Shown: positions 45,842 through 56,426, counted from the first letter of the stretch. The stretch is 64,000 nucleotides of DNA from Planctomycetota bacterium (GCA_016209685.1 JACQVQ010000013.1:102341-166340); one strand, 5' to 3'. Program-made: numbers and translations. Notes: a model not told the origin generated them from the sequence alone.

Positions 45842-47113
45842 TTATGGACTACCAGAGACCTGTACAAGTTCGTTCACGGCAGGTACCTTGGAGCCATTGT
45901 TAAGTGTCCTGGAGAGGAGTTCTATCACGTGGAGGGTCTCCACGCTAAGGTCTTTTGAGGCGGCCAGGTCTGCCAGCTGAAGGACGCAACCAGGACAACT
46001 TGTGGCCACTATTCGGGCGCCTGACTTGTCTACGGAGTTTATTTTGTGCTCACCTATCTTCATGGACAAATCCCTGTAGATTATACTGAATACACCTCCG
46101 CCGCCACAGCACCTATCCGCATATTCCATCTCTTTCAGTCTGGCACAGCGGCTGAGGACCGTCCTTGGCTCCCTGGTGACGTTAAGACCCCATTTTAGAT
46201 GGCAAGGGTCGTGATAGGTCACAGTGGTATCCAGGGGTTCGGGGCGGTACTGGGTAAACTTTTCCAGGAAGACGGAGATGTCATACATCTTTTCAGTCAT
46301 GGGCCTCCAGGGCTCCCCCAGGAGTCTCAGGTATTCCCTCTTTATGGTGAGGAGACAGGTACTGCAGGCGGTAACAATGGCATCCAGCTTCTCTGCCTCA
46401 AAGACCTCTCTGTTCTTTTCTGCCAGGATCCTGGCTGCGGTGGTATCTCCGAGACTGCGTGCCGGGATGCCACAGCAGACCTGGGAGGGAGGTACTACCA
46501 CCTCTATGTTGAGCTTATTAAGGACGTCAATAAGGGACTCTGCGATGTTAGGATAGACATAGTTAATGAGACAGCCCACAAAGAACCCTACCCGCATCCT
46601 GGGGCTAGACAGTTTCCTGGTCTCCGAAAAGCGGTCCAGGGCGGTGCGTTGGGTAAGGTGTGGCACCCATCGCCTGCCCATAAAGAAGAGGGGTAGGTGT
46701 CGGAGGTTGCCTTTTCTCTGGCCGGGGATAAGTCTTTGGCTCCAGGAGGCCACCCGGATGGCCAGGTCAAAGAGTCTCCTCCTGGGCAGGAGGTATCGTA
46801 GTACGAACTTGGCCATCAGGGGGATGCCCATGTTCTTCCCTATCCCCTCCAGGAGGGCGTCTACTATCAGGCCAAAATCTACCCCTGAGGGACAGGTGGC
46901 CTGACACCGCAGGCACTTTTTACAGGAGTAGATGTAGTCTCTTAGTTCTTTTGAATAGAAAATCTCCCCCTGAAAGATGGCCTCTGCCAGGGTTATCCGC
47001 CCCCTGGCCACACGGGTCTCATCCCCCGTTTCTATGAATACAGGGCAGACAGAACGGCACTTGCCACACCTGGCACACTTGTCTATCTCCCGTTTTACCT
47101 CTGCCGGCACCAT
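45842..47113 (-). CDS. (Fe-S)-binding oxidoreductase, GlcF/LutA-like (2x 4Fe-4S + CCG domains)
   Basis: 423-aa ORF; CARCGKCRSVCP and CKKCLRCQATCP ferredoxin motifs, then two cysteine-rich CCG-type regions (CCGIP, CCGGGG). Confidence 0.8.
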   Translation of the reverse strand: MVPAEVKREIDKCARCGKCRSVCPVFIETGDETRVARGRITLAEAIFQGEIFYSKELRDYIYSCKKCLRCQATCPSGVDFGLIVDALLEGIGKNMGIPLMAKFVLRYLLPRRRLFDLAIRVASWSQRLIPGQRKGNLRHLPLFFMGRRWVPHLTQRTALDRFSETRKLSSPRMRVGFFVGCLINYVYPNIAESLIDVLNKLNIEVVVPPSQVCCGIPARSLGDTTAARILAEKNREVFEAEKLDAIVTACSTCLLTIKREYLRLLGEPWRPMTEKMYDISVFLEKFTQYRPEPLDTTVTYHDPCHLKWGLNVTREPRTVLSRCARLKEMEYADRCCGGGGVFSIIYRDLSMKIGEHKINSVDKSGARIVATSCPGCVLQLADLAASKDLSVETLHVIELLSRTLNNGSKVPAVNELVQVSGSP

Positions 47114-47266
47114 AAAAAATATAATAATTTATTTGGAAGAGATTATCAAATGAATTTGGTTGTAGATGTGTCCCCCTACCCCCTGACCCCTAGCCCATGG
47201 ACCCTTCCGTGTGATTGACAAATACCTGGGAAGGTGTATATTTGGGAAAAGGATGCGGAACTGACT

Positions 47267-48286
47267 ATGAAAAAGTCTCATACAATACTGGTAGCCTTCT
47301 TGTCCCTGGTACTCTTCACTGGACAGAGCAGCGAAGACGTGATGCGAAATTTTAACAACTTTGAGAAGAGTCTTACGGATTGGATGCGTTCTATGGAGAA
47401 GCTGAGGGAGAGGATGGGAGAGGTGGAAAAAGGCGTGCAGGGAGGGGGGCAGGTAATGGACCGCCTCTCGGAGCTAAATAAGAACCTTAATGCCATAAGG
47501 ACAGAGCTTGCCGATATGACCACCAGGCTCAACAAGATGGATGTCACCCTCGGCAGTGGGGAGAATCCAATGGTGCAGTTTGCCAAGACCCTGGAGGTGC
47601 TCAAGAAGTCTGTTGCCGAACTGGGCAAGAAGACGGAAGACCAGTCGGTAACTGTCTCAGTACTGGAAAAGAGATACCAGGAATATATGCGCCCCCTTGA
47701 CCCTTTAAAGAAGGCGATTGCGGAGGGAGACGAGGCCATTAAGAAGCTGAACGTTGAACTAGAGCTTCAGAAGAAGAATGCAGAAATCCTGCAAAAGAGT
47801 ATCTTAGAGAAGCTCACTGCTTTAGATACGCTCATGACGTCTGCGGCAGGACAGCAAGAGTCGTCCTCTAAACTCCTGGCAAGGGTAGAAAGTCTAGAAA
47901 AGTACACTGGCGCGCCCCCCCCGCCGGAGGCGTTGCCAAAGGAAGTGGCAGAGGCTGCTGCAGAAGAGCTGGCTAGACCCAAGACCCCTGAGGAAGAAGG
48001 CTACGAGGCTATTGGTGGTGGTTTTTATATAAGGAACGTACAGTTCAGTTCATTTGGCTCATCGGCAAGGATTGTGGGGGAGCTAAAGAACCTGTCAGAA
48101 ACGGACCTCGGTATGGCCACTTTTACTATCAGGATATTTGACCTGGAGAACAATCCTGTGGTCGGTCAAGATTTCACTATAAAAGGTTTCAAGAATAAAG
48201 ACGTTAAACCCTTTAAAGAAATAATCCCTGGGATAGAACCGGAGAAGATAAGTAAATACACGGTCAAATTCAAGGGAACGTATTAA
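47267..48286 (+). CDS. secreted coiled-coil protein, function unknown
   Basis: ORF track starts 47234; ATG 47267 gives signal peptide MKKSHTILVAFLSLVLF. Long heptad-rich region, beta-rich C-terminal ~90 aa. Confidence 0.5.
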   Translation: MKKSHTILVAFLSLVLFTGQSSEDVMRNFNNFEKSLTDWMRSMEKLRERMGEVEKGVQGGGQVMDRLSELNKNLNAIRTELADMTTRLNKMDVTLGSGENPMVQFAKTLEVLKKSVAELGKKTEDQSVTVSVLEKRYQEYMRPLDPLKKAIAEGDEAIKKLNVELELQKKNAEILQKSILEKLTALDTLMTSAAGQQESSSKLLARVESLEKYTGAPPPPEALPKEVAEAAAEELARPKTPEEEGYEAIGGGFYIRNVQFSSFGSSARIVGELKNLSETDLGMATFTIRIFDLENNPVVGQDFTIKGFKNKDVKPFKEIIPGIEPEKISKYTVKFKGTY

Positions 48287-48314
48287 GTAGGGGCACGGCA
48301 CGCCGTGTTCCTAC
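48287..48314. repeat. REP-like palindrome GTAGGGGCACGGCACGCCGTGTTCCTAC
   Basis: Follows the TAA of the + gene directly; CTA 48311-48313 is the stop of the SPFH gene on the - strand. Confidence 0.8.
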
Positions 48315-49381
48315 TGTTTTGATGCCCCCAGCTTATTGATCATAGACTCTACATCCAGCAGGTCTACCTGTTGGGTAGAGAAGGACAGGTCACCGAGGTT
48401 GAGGTTTCTTGCCGCCTCCATGGCCACAATGAGGTCACCGCCCAGCCCCACCATGGCAAGACGCCTGTAGTGTTCACCTTCTGCCTGGGATATGCTGACC
48501 AGTAGGGATCCCCTTGCTATCCTTTCCTCTTTGTAACGGTCAGAGATGGCCCTCTTCTCCACCATGTACTTGTCCGCTGCCGCCAGGATTTCTGTTATCC
48601 TCTGCCTGGTAATAGCCTCTAAGATGTTCAGTTTTGCGGCCCTGTCTCCAGATATCTTTTCCGCCAGGGCCTCGGTGTCGGCATCTATGGTCTGGGTAAT
48701 ACCCCGTTGGTCAGCCGCCTTGGCCTTAGAGATGTTGGCAAGGCTATCCAGTTCAGCCACTTTTAGGTTTTTAATCTTCCTGTCCAGCTTGGGGTCAAAA
48801 TTCAGGTTAAGGATAAGCACGTCCACAATGTCCACGTATCTTGGTTTCAGCTTCTGTATCAGGAGGTCCCTGGCCTCGTCCGCCCTTTTACGTTTCTCAA
48901 AGGGGTTATAAAGGTCGGTCTCTACCATCTTACCAAATGCTACACGGGCAGCATCGTAGGCCTCCACACTCACGATACGCTTGTACATATCCCCTGCACC
49001 TATCTCTTTACGGAGTCTATTAACATTCCCCCTCTGGAGCTTATACTTTACAATCATTTCCAGCGTGACGTCATAGTCATCTGCCGTCCTGACCTTTATG
49101 GGATTACCTTCCTTCCTGTCCCTGATTACATCAGCGGTCCTGTCTTCAGTCTGCACAGTACCGTCGTAGAGTTCCCACTCGTCTATCTTGGGAATACCAC
49201 GATGCCATCCCACGTAAGCGTCTTCAGGTACTACACCCCTGACCACACCCCACACTTTTACCCTGACCCCTACCTGGGTTAATTGGACCCTCTTTATGGA
49301 AAAGGGGAGGGCTATAGCAAGGAATATAAAGGCAAAGCCTATTATGCCACCCAGGATATAATATTTTGAGCCGCTTTTCAT
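48311..49381 (-). CDS. SPFH/band-7 domain membrane protein (second of a pair)
   Basis: 356-aa ORF; N-terminal TM helix, SPFH-like core, charged helical C-region; 4-nt overlap with the upstream paralogue. Confidence 0.6.
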   Translation of the reverse strand: MKSGSKYYILGGIIGFAFIFLAIALPFSIKRVQLTQVGVRVKVWGVVRGVVPEDAYVGWHRGIPKIDEWELYDGTVQTEDRTADVIRDRKEGNPIKVRTADDYDVTLEMIVKYKLQRGNVNRLRKEIGAGDMYKRIVSVEAYDAARVAFGKMVETDLYNPFEKRKRADEARDLLIQKLKPRYVDIVDVLILNLNFDPKLDRKIKNLKVAELDSLANISKAKAADQRGITQTIDADTEALAEKISGDRAAKLNILEAITRQRITEILAAADKYMVEKRAISDRYKEERIARGSLLVSISQAEGEHYRRLAMVGLGGDLIVAMEAARNLNLGDLSFSTQQVDLLDVESMINKLGASKQ

Positions 49382-50502
49382 TTTACCACCGCCCCGGGAG
49401 GGAGTACCTCTCCACGTTCCATCCTCATATATGGGAATTCTTCACCTGGTCTTACTACAGGTACACCCATTATCCTTGCCTCCCGCAGTCTCTTGGCATA
49501 TTCCATCTTTACCAGGTTCCTGCCACCTTCCCCTTCCAGGGCCTTTCTTAGTTCCAGGATACCTTCTGCCTCTGCCTTCCGAGCCACCAGGACGGCCTCG
49601 GCACGCTGGGCCAGCCTTTCGTACTCGGCATCAGCCTCTATTTTTACTTTTTCGTAGTAGGCCTCTGCATCGTGTCTTATACTCTCTGCCTTAGCCTCGG
49701 CATCTATCTCCCTCTTCTGGAGGTCTCCAAGGAATCGGGCCACCTCCACGTCCATCTTCTTTGTCTCTTCTACAATAACCCTTCTCTGGTTTTCCATGGC
49801 CGCCGAGCCCCGGGCCTTCTGTTCTTCCACCTCTTTATCGGCAAGCCTTCTTTCGTGAACCTTCTCGGCATATTCCCTATAATAACGATAATCCTGGACG
49901 TTTACCGCCAGGATGTCTATACCGTGGGGGCTAAGATGCTTTTTGAGTTCCGCCTTGGCCTGGTTGGCCTTTTCAGCACGCCTGGAGGCAAAGGGGAAAT
50001 CGTCTACCCTGAGTTCTCCAAAATTGTAGCGACATATGGCCCTGCCGTAGTCATACAACCATTTATCTTTGAAGGCATTGGTAAACCCTGAATCTTGTAT
50101 GATAAAATCGGCCATTGGAGGGATAACGCGGTAATGTAGCGTCATGTCAAGGATGACATCACCACCGTCTATAGTTTTTACCCACAAAGGATTCCCCTCG
50201 GGTTGGCTAGGGGTTATATTGGTTGAACTCATTACCAGTATCTGCTCCCTCTTGTCCAGGGTATATACGTTCTGGAGGAAGGGGACGTATATGACCACAC
50301 CTGCCCTATCTATCGTTTGCACACCACCAGTAAGGTTGTTCACTACCACCGCTACCTCATCCGCCCCTACATAGAAGTAGCCCAGGTTACGATAGGCAAA
50401 GATAGCCCCCACAATTAACGATACCCCCAACACCGAGGCTACTATGATAAGCCTTACTGGTACTCCCCGTGGTTTACGCCTACTTTCAAACCCCTTTTGC
50501 AC
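49378..50502 (-). CDS. SPFH/band-7 domain membrane protein (first of a pair)
   Basis: 374-aa ORF; TM helix LIIVASVLGVSLIVGAIFA, SPFH-like core, long charged coiled coil (…EVEEQKARGSAAMENQRR…). Confidence 0.6.
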   Translation of the reverse strand: MQKGFESRRKPRGVPVRLIIVASVLGVSLIVGAIFAYRNLGYFYVGADEVAVVVNNLTGGVQTIDRAGVVIYVPFLQNVYTLDKREQILVMSSTNITPSQPEGNPLWVKTIDGGDVILDMTLHYRVIPPMADFIIQDSGFTNAFKDKWLYDYGRAICRYNFGELRVDDFPFASRRAEKANQAKAELKKHLSPHGIDILAVNVQDYRYYREYAEKVHERRLADKEVEEQKARGSAAMENQRRVIVEETKKMDVEVARFLGDLQKREIDAEAKAESIRHDAEAYYEKVKIEADAEYERLAQRAEAVLVARKAEAEGILELRKALEGEGGRNLVKMEYAKRLREARIMGVPVVRPGEEFPYMRMERGEVLPPGAVVK

Positions 50503-50731
50503 CAGTTGCTCCCCTTAAATACATCGGTGATTTTCTCCAAGCGGCGATTATATAAAGAAATACATAAATGTCAAACAAAAAATGGTGCTGAGAAAAAAAA
50601 TATTACAGGAGTCCAGGTGGAGGGAATGGTGCTGTGGGTAATAAGGTTATAGAACCCTGCCCTTGTCAACTAATGGCCAGTATGGGCAAGGAATAGCCCT
50701 GCAGAACTTCTATATTGAAGAGACTTACGTG

Positions 50732-51445
50732 TTACCCCCTATTAAGGACATAGAGGAGGAGGTCTAATTGGGTTTTGGCCTGTGATGGACTACTTTGCAT
50801 GGCCGTTACTAACTCCTCCATGAGGTGTGCAATAGCTTTATCTTCACTGCGCAGATTTTCCTTATCAAGATAAGGGGCCTCCTCTCTGGCATGGAGTAGC
50901 TCCTTGTAGGCCTCTTTTACCATGCCCTCCTCTCCATAAACAAACCCCAGCATGACATGGACCAAAGGTTTGTGAGATCCTGACGCATGAATCTGCGTCA
51001 GTTCCCTTTTAAGGTTATGGAGTACTTTCTCATTTTCCGTAATCCAGCGGCCCCTTACGGGGGGGACTTCCGCCGTATCTGGACTTATCTTAAACATTGC
51101 CTCATATTCCATAATCGCATTATTTAAGGCTAACCTCAACGTATAGGCCAGTGCTAAGTACCTGTGGCCCTCCATCACTTCTGGCTGAAGTCTCACCGCC
51201 TCTCTCATCTCCTCTATTGCAAGGTCAGGATAACCCATGTTAATGTGATTCAGGCCCTTTTCATAGTGCTCTTTTGCTACCTTATTTGAATACTCTGCCC
51301 AGAGGGGTGTATTAATATTAAAGAGGACTAATCCAGAGATTGCAAGCAGAGCGGCATTAAATAGGATCTTTGCGGCCAATCTTTGTAGACAAAAAGCTAC
51401 AACCCCCCTAACCAGGTATCCTGCCATGGTAGGTCTCCTTCTCAA
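50732..51445 (-). CDS. TPR-like repeat protein with N-terminal membrane anchor
   Basis: 237-aa ORF; hydrophobic N-segment; helical-repeat look (…AIEEMREAVRLQPEVMEGHRYLALAY…). Confidence 0.45.
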   Translation of the reverse strand: MRRRPTMAGYLVRGVVAFCLQRLAAKILFNAALLAISGLVLFNINTPLWAEYSNKVAKEHYEKGLNHINMGYPDLAIEEMREAVRLQPEVMEGHRYLALAYTLRLALNNAIMEYEAMFKISPDTAEVPPVRGRWITENEKVLHNLKRELTQIHASGSHKPLVHVMLGFVYGEEGMVKEAYKELLHAREEAPYLDKENLRSEDKAIAHLMEELVTAMQSSPSQAKTQLDLLLYVLNRG

Positions 51446-51628
51446 TGTCTCCTAGGCAATAATGTTTAACAGGCAGCGCGAATTTTAATAGGCAACGCGC
51501 AGGCTGGCGGATTCACCCCATGAGCAAACCCTATCCCCCAACCTGCACAGAGCTTAGCATAAAACCACTTTACTGTCAATATGCAGTTATAAAAAAGTTT
51601 AGGAGGCATGGATTTAATAATCAGAATT

Positions 51629-54445
51629 TTAATGTCTTGTATTCTGGACTATGGTTCCTCCATTCAGATATCCCTTCAGGTATCCCCCGGTGTAGGAGTC
51701 TTTCAGGTTTGCAATCTCCTCTGGCGTGCCGGCGCCTACAATGTGTCCCCCTTTCTCGCCTCCCTCGGGTCCAAGGTCTATAATATAATCTGCACACTTT
51801 ATTACCTCAAGGTTGTGCTCTACGACCAGGAGGGAATGCCTTTCCCGCAGGAGGCACTGGAAGCAATCCAGGAGCTTTCTAATGTCCTCAAAGTGGAGTC
51901 CCGTGGTGGGTTCGTCAAAGAGGAAGAGTATGTCTTCCTGGTATCTCTTTGCAAGGAAGCTGGCCAATTTGAGTCGCTGGGCCTCGCCTCCTGAGAGGGT
52001 GGTGGCAGGCTGGCCCAGGCGGAGGTAGCCGAGGCCCACATCGTGCAGGCATTTCAGGTCTTCCACCAGCGAGGGTACGTCCTCAAAGAACTTCAGGGAC
52101 TCCTCCACGGTCATTTCCATCACCTCATGTATGTTTTTGTGCCTGTATCTGATGTCCAGTATATCCCTCCTGAAGCGTTTGCCATGGCACTTCTCGCAGG
52201 TTACGTAGACGTCTGCCAGGAATTGCATCTCTACCTTCCTGTAACCCTCTCCCTGGCAGTAATCGCACCGCCCACCAGCTACGTTAAACGAGAAGGCGCC
52301 AGGGCCGAAGTTTCTTACCCTGGCCTCCCTGGTGGAGGCAAAAAGCCTCCTTATCTCATCAAACGCCTTGATGTAAGTTATGGGGTTAGACCTGGGAGTA
52401 CGTCCAATGGGAGATTGGTCCACCATTACTGCGTCCCAGATGTTTTTTTCCCCCAGTAGCTGGGAGTACTGGCCTGCGGGGCCCCGGAAACCATACCCCA
52501 ACTTCTTCTTTAGGGCAGGGTAAAGGGTGTCTTGTATCAGGGTGCTCTTGCCCGACCCCGATACCCCTGTTACGCAGACCAGCATGTTCAGGGGAAAATA
52601 CACGTCTATGTTCTTCAGATTATTCCGACAGGCCCCTTTGAGGACTATGGCCTTTCCGGTAGGCTTACGCCTCTCGCTGGGGACGGTTATGGACCTCCTG
52701 CCCAGTAGGTATTCTCCCGTCAGGGAACCATTCCTCTCAGGGAGGTCCTGTAAGGTGCCCTGGTACACCACCTGCCCTCCCCTCTCCCCTGCACCAGGCC
52801 CCAGGTCTATGAGGAGGTCTGCCGAGCGGATGATGTCCATGTCGTGTTCCACCACTACCACCGTGTTGCCCAGGTCTCTAAGCCGCTTGAGTGTGGTGAT
52901 AAGCCGCTCCGTATCCCTGGGATGGAGTCCTATGCTTGGTTCGTCCAGTATGTAAAGTACGTTCACCAGGGAAGACCCCAGAGAGGTGGTAAGGTTTACC
53001 CTCTGTGCCTCACCCCCTGAGAGGGTGCGGGTGAGACGGTCCAGGCTCAGGTAGCCCAGCCCGATACGTACCATGTATTCAAGCCTCTTCCGTATCTCCT
53101 GCAGGATGAGCCTTGCTACCCCTTCCTCGTAGTCTTTGAGTCTTAGTCCTTCAAAGAACCCGTAGGCCTCTCCTATGCCCATGGCACAGACGTCGGCCAT
53201 GGTCTTGTCGGCTATTTTTACGTTCAATGCCTGGGGGTTAAGCCTGTAGCCCTTACACCCTGCACAGGTGGCGTACCCCCTGTACTTACTCAGGAAGACC
53301 CTGACGTGCATCTTGTATTTCTTCTGTTCCAGCCACTGGAAGAACTCCTCAATGCCACAGAAGTCCGGCGTACCTTCCCAGATGAGTCTCACGTGCTCTC
53401 TGGAGAGCTTCTGGTAGGGAACGTCCGTAGGGATACCGCACCGCCTGGCCCCTTTCAGGAGTTCCTCCTGGAGGTGGCCGTAGGCAGGGGTAGTCCAGGG
53501 CTGTATCACCCCCTGACAGAGACTCTTTCCTGGGTCAGGGATTACCAGGTTCTTGTCTATCTCAATGGTGTTGCCGAAGCCTTGGCACCTGGGGCAGGCC
53601 CCTAGCGGGCTATTAAAAGAGAAGAGGTTGGGGGAGGGCTCCGGGTATTCCAGGTTGCAGTCCTCGCACCGGAAGCGGTTACTGGACTTCAACTCCCTAT
53701 TCTCGTCAGGCAGTAGGATACTCAACCGCCCCTGTCCCAGACGGAAGGCCGTCTCCAGTGCATCTACCAGACGCTCCCTTATATCTGCCCTCACCGTCAG
53801 CCTGTCCACCACCCCCTGGACTGGTCCCGAAAGGAGGTCAAATCCCGGCTCCTCTGTAATATCTACTACCCTGCCGGGATGCTCATCGGTGCTACCGACC
53901 CAGAGCCTGAGAAGCCCCTGTTCTTTTAGTAGGGCAATCTGCTTCTGACTGCTTAGCTTAGTGCTTATTTGTAGAGGGAAGAGTACCAGGAACCTTGTCC
54001 CCTCCGGCAGGGACAGCACCTTTCCCACCACCTGGGTCACGGAGTCACTCTCCACCTGGCGTCCGCATCCCTGGCAGTAAGTACGCCCTACCTTGGCAAA
54101 GAGCAGTCTGAGGTAATCGTTTATCTCCGTAGCAGTACCTACGGTACTCCTGCGGCTCTTTACTGGATTCCGTTGCTGGATGGCAATGGCGGGGGGGATA
54201 CCCTCAATGTGGTCAACCTCGGGTTTATCCATCCTCTCCAGGAACTGGCGGGCGTAGGTGGAGAAGGTCTCTACGTAGCGCCGCTGGCCCTCGGCATAGA
54301 GGGTATCAAACACCAGACTGCTCTTGCCGGAACCTGAGACCCCTGAGACTACCACCAGTTTCTTCAGGGGAATCTCTATGTCTATGTTCTTTAGGTTGTG
54401 TACCCTTATGCCACGGGCGAGGATGGAGTTTTTGGGTTTGGGCAT
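51629..54445 (-). CDS. second UvrA-family ATPase (full-length paralogue)
   Basis: 938-aa ORF; GVSGSGKSS x2, LSGGEAQR x2, Zn-module cysteines. Diverges from the first copy in the region ...EEFFQWLEQKKYKMHVRVFLSKYRGY.... Confidence 0.9.
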   Translation of the reverse strand: MPKPKNSILARGIRVHNLKNIDIEIPLKKLVVVSGVSGSGKSSLVFDTLYAEGQRRYVETFSTYARQFLERMDKPEVDHIEGIPPAIAIQQRNPVKSRRSTVGTATEINDYLRLLFAKVGRTYCQGCGRQVESDSVTQVVGKVLSLPEGTRFLVLFPLQISTKLSSQKQIALLKEQGLLRLWVGSTDEHPGRVVDITEEPGFDLLSGPVQGVVDRLTVRADIRERLVDALETAFRLGQGRLSILLPDENRELKSSNRFRCEDCNLEYPEPSPNLFSFNSPLGACPRCQGFGNTIEIDKNLVIPDPGKSLCQGVIQPWTTPAYGHLQEELLKGARRCGIPTDVPYQKLSREHVRLIWEGTPDFCGIEEFFQWLEQKKYKMHVRVFLSKYRGYATCAGCKGYRLNPQALNVKIADKTMADVCAMGIGEAYGFFEGLRLKDYEEGVARLILQEIRKRLEYMVRIGLGYLSLDRLTRTLSGGEAQRVNLTTSLGSSLVNVLYILDEPSIGLHPRDTERLITTLKRLRDLGNTVVVVEHDMDIIRSADLLIDLGPGAGERGGQVVYQGTLQDLPERNGSLTGEYLLGRRSITVPSERRKPTGKAIVLKGACRNNLKNIDVYFPLNMLVCVTGVSGSGKSTLIQDTLYPALKKKLGYGFRGPAGQYSQLLGEKNIWDAVMVDQSPIGRTPRSNPITYIKAFDEIRRLFASTREARVRNFGPGAFSFNVAGGRCDYCQGEGYRKVEMQFLADVYVTCEKCHGKRFRRDILDIRYRHKNIHEVMEMTVEESLKFFEDVPSLVEDLKCLHDVGLGYLRLGQPATTLSGGEAQRLKLASFLAKRYQEDILFLFDEPTTGLHFEDIRKLLDCFQCLLRERHSLLVVEHNLEVIKCADYIIDLGPEGGEKGGHIVGAGTPEEIANLKDSYTGGYLKGYLNGGTIVQNTRH

Positions 54446-54513
54446 TGTGTATTTTTAATTCGTTGTAAATTGTAGTGGTCCGCCTGAGGCGGACTCTGCT
54501 ATTTTTGCCTTCT

Positions 54514-54539
54514 GGGCAGACGCACAGGTCTGCCCCTAC
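54514..54539. repeat. REP-like hairpin GGGCAGACGCACAGGTCTGCCCCTAC
   Basis: Same stem class as 14634-14661; preceded by the CCGCC hairpin at 54479-54493. Confidence 0.75.
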
Positions 54540-54551
54540 ACCTACCCCCTT

Positions 54552-56426
54552 TCACTCCCCATCCATCTGGTGGGCCTGATAGAGCCTGCAGTACTCCCCG
54601 CCTTTACTCATTAGTTCCTCATGGGTGCCCATCTCTACCAGGCGGCCGTCCTTCAATACCAGTATCTTATCGCAATGTCTGAGGGTGGACATGCGGTGGG
54701 CGATAATGAAGGTGGTCTTCCCCTTCATGAGGTTGACGAGGGCCTCGTGGACTAGCTTTTCCGATTCGGCATCCAGGGCGCTTGTGGCCTCATCCAGAAT
54801 TAGTATGGGGGCGTTCTTCAGTATGGCCCTGGCTATAGCTATACGCTGACGCTGTCCTCCGGAGACTTTTACCCCCAGTTCTCCGACCGAGGTATCATAA
54901 CCTTTGGGGAGTCCTGAGACAAACTCATGGATATAGGCGGCCCCGGCGGCCTCTTCTACCTCCTTCAGGCTTGCATCCCTCTTGCCACAAAGGATGTTCT
55001 CGGCCACGCTCCTATTGAAGAGGAAGGTCTGCTGGGTGACCAGGGCTATATTATCTACCAGGGAGGCCCTCTTCACCAGGCGTATGTCCTTTCCGTCTAT
55101 TTCTATTGAACCCTCCGTGGGTTCGTAGAAACGGGACAGGAGGTTCACCAGGGTGGTCTTCCCTGCGCCGCTCTCGCCGACTATCCCCACCACCTCTCCC
55201 TTCTTTACCTGGAAGGTAATGTCTTCCAGCACCTTCTCACTGTTGTAGGCGAAACCGACCTTCTTGAAGGTAACCTCTCTCTCCATCCCGCCGAGCTCTA
55301 CCGCCTGAGGGTGGTCCTGGAGCTGAGGGGGGTGGTCAAGGAGTTCAAAGATGCGGCTGGCGCCCGCCAGTGCCTCCTGGAGTCTGGAGTAACTCCTGGA
55401 GAGCAGCCTGGTGGAGCGGAAGATGAGCATACAGGCGGCTATGAACCCCCCTAACTCCCCAAAGGTAAGGCTTCCAGTACCTACCACGTAGCCCCCGCCT
55501 ATTACCATCCCTCCCAATCCCAGGGCATAGAAAAACTCCCCGCTACTCTGGTTCAGTATGGCGGCCTTACTCCACTTCATCCTCTTCTTGAATAAACCTT
55601 CATTAATCTCCTGGAACTCCCTTTGTTCCTCCTCCTCCATCTTGTAGGCCTTGATGATGCGGATGCCTGCCAGTATCTCCCTTAGTGCCTCTGTCAGCCA
55701 GCCCATCCGTTCCAGGGTGGCCTTGCCGTGCTTTCTTATCTTTTTACCTAAGAATATGACGGGGAAGAGCATTACCGGCAGTCCGATCAGTACCAACAGG
55801 AAGAGTTTGCCGCTGAAGTAGAGTGCCAGTACCAGCCCGCATAGGAGCCTGAGGGGCTGGAGCATCACGTCCTCAAACAGTATTACGATCCCCGCCTGGG
55901 TGAAGTACAGGTCATTTGTTAATCTGGACATAAGCTCCCCGCTCTTCCTGGCCTCAAAGAAACTCAGGGATTGGGGCAAGAGGCTGGCACATAGACGGTT
56001 ACTAATGTCTACATACGCCCTCCACATGACGAAATGCTTGAGGTAATCCTGTGCGTATCCAAAAAGGAATATCAGTGGGGCAAGGGCGATGGCCAGGAGT
56101 CCTATGCCTTTATAACTGTTGGTATGTCTCGCCCAGAACGTACGCAACCCCTCTGGAATAAATTGCCGTAGGTAGTCCCTGATACCGTCTTGTTGAAGAT
56201 TCTTCTGAGGGGCGGCACTATCTGGTCTTTCTGTGGTGGGAGATGCGGCGTCTCCCGTAGGTGAGGGGAGCGTACTGCTTTTTGAGAGTTGGTCTAAGAC
56301 AGGCTTAATGAGGACAAGCTGGGCCCCGCTGGCAGCCGTGTAGAGGAACATAAAGACCAGGGCGAGAAACCACTCTTTCCAGTAGGGCCTGGCGAAGGCT
56401 AAAAGTCTTGTACACTCCCGGAACAT
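54552..56426 (-). CDS. ABC exporter, fused permease/ATPase (MsbA-like)
   Basis: 624-aa ORF; six-TM N-domain, Walker A GESGAGKTT, signature VSGGQRQR, Walker B ILILDEATS. Confidence 0.88.
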   Translation of the reverse strand: MFRECTRLLAFARPYWKEWFLALVFMFLYTAASGAQLVLIKPVLDQLSKSSTLPSPTGDAASPTTERPDSAAPQKNLQQDGIRDYLRQFIPEGLRTFWARHTNSYKGIGLLAIALAPLIFLFGYAQDYLKHFVMWRAYVDISNRLCASLLPQSLSFFEARKSGELMSRLTNDLYFTQAGIVILFEDVMLQPLRLLCGLVLALYFSGKLFLLVLIGLPVMLFPVIFLGKKIRKHGKATLERMGWLTEALREILAGIRIIKAYKMEEEEQREFQEINEGLFKKRMKWSKAAILNQSSGEFFYALGLGGMVIGGGYVVGTGSLTFGELGGFIAACMLIFRSTRLLSRSYSRLQEALAGASRIFELLDHPPQLQDHPQAVELGGMEREVTFKKVGFAYNSEKVLEDITFQVKKGEVVGIVGESGAGKTTLVNLLSRFYEPTEGSIEIDGKDIRLVKRASLVDNIALVTQQTFLFNRSVAENILCGKRDASLKEVEEAAGAAYIHEFVSGLPKGYDTSVGELGVKVSGGQRQRIAIARAILKNAPILILDEATSALDAESEKLVHEALVNLMKGKTTFIIAHRMSTLRHCDKILVLKDGRLVEMGTHEELMSKGGEYCRLYQAHQMDGE

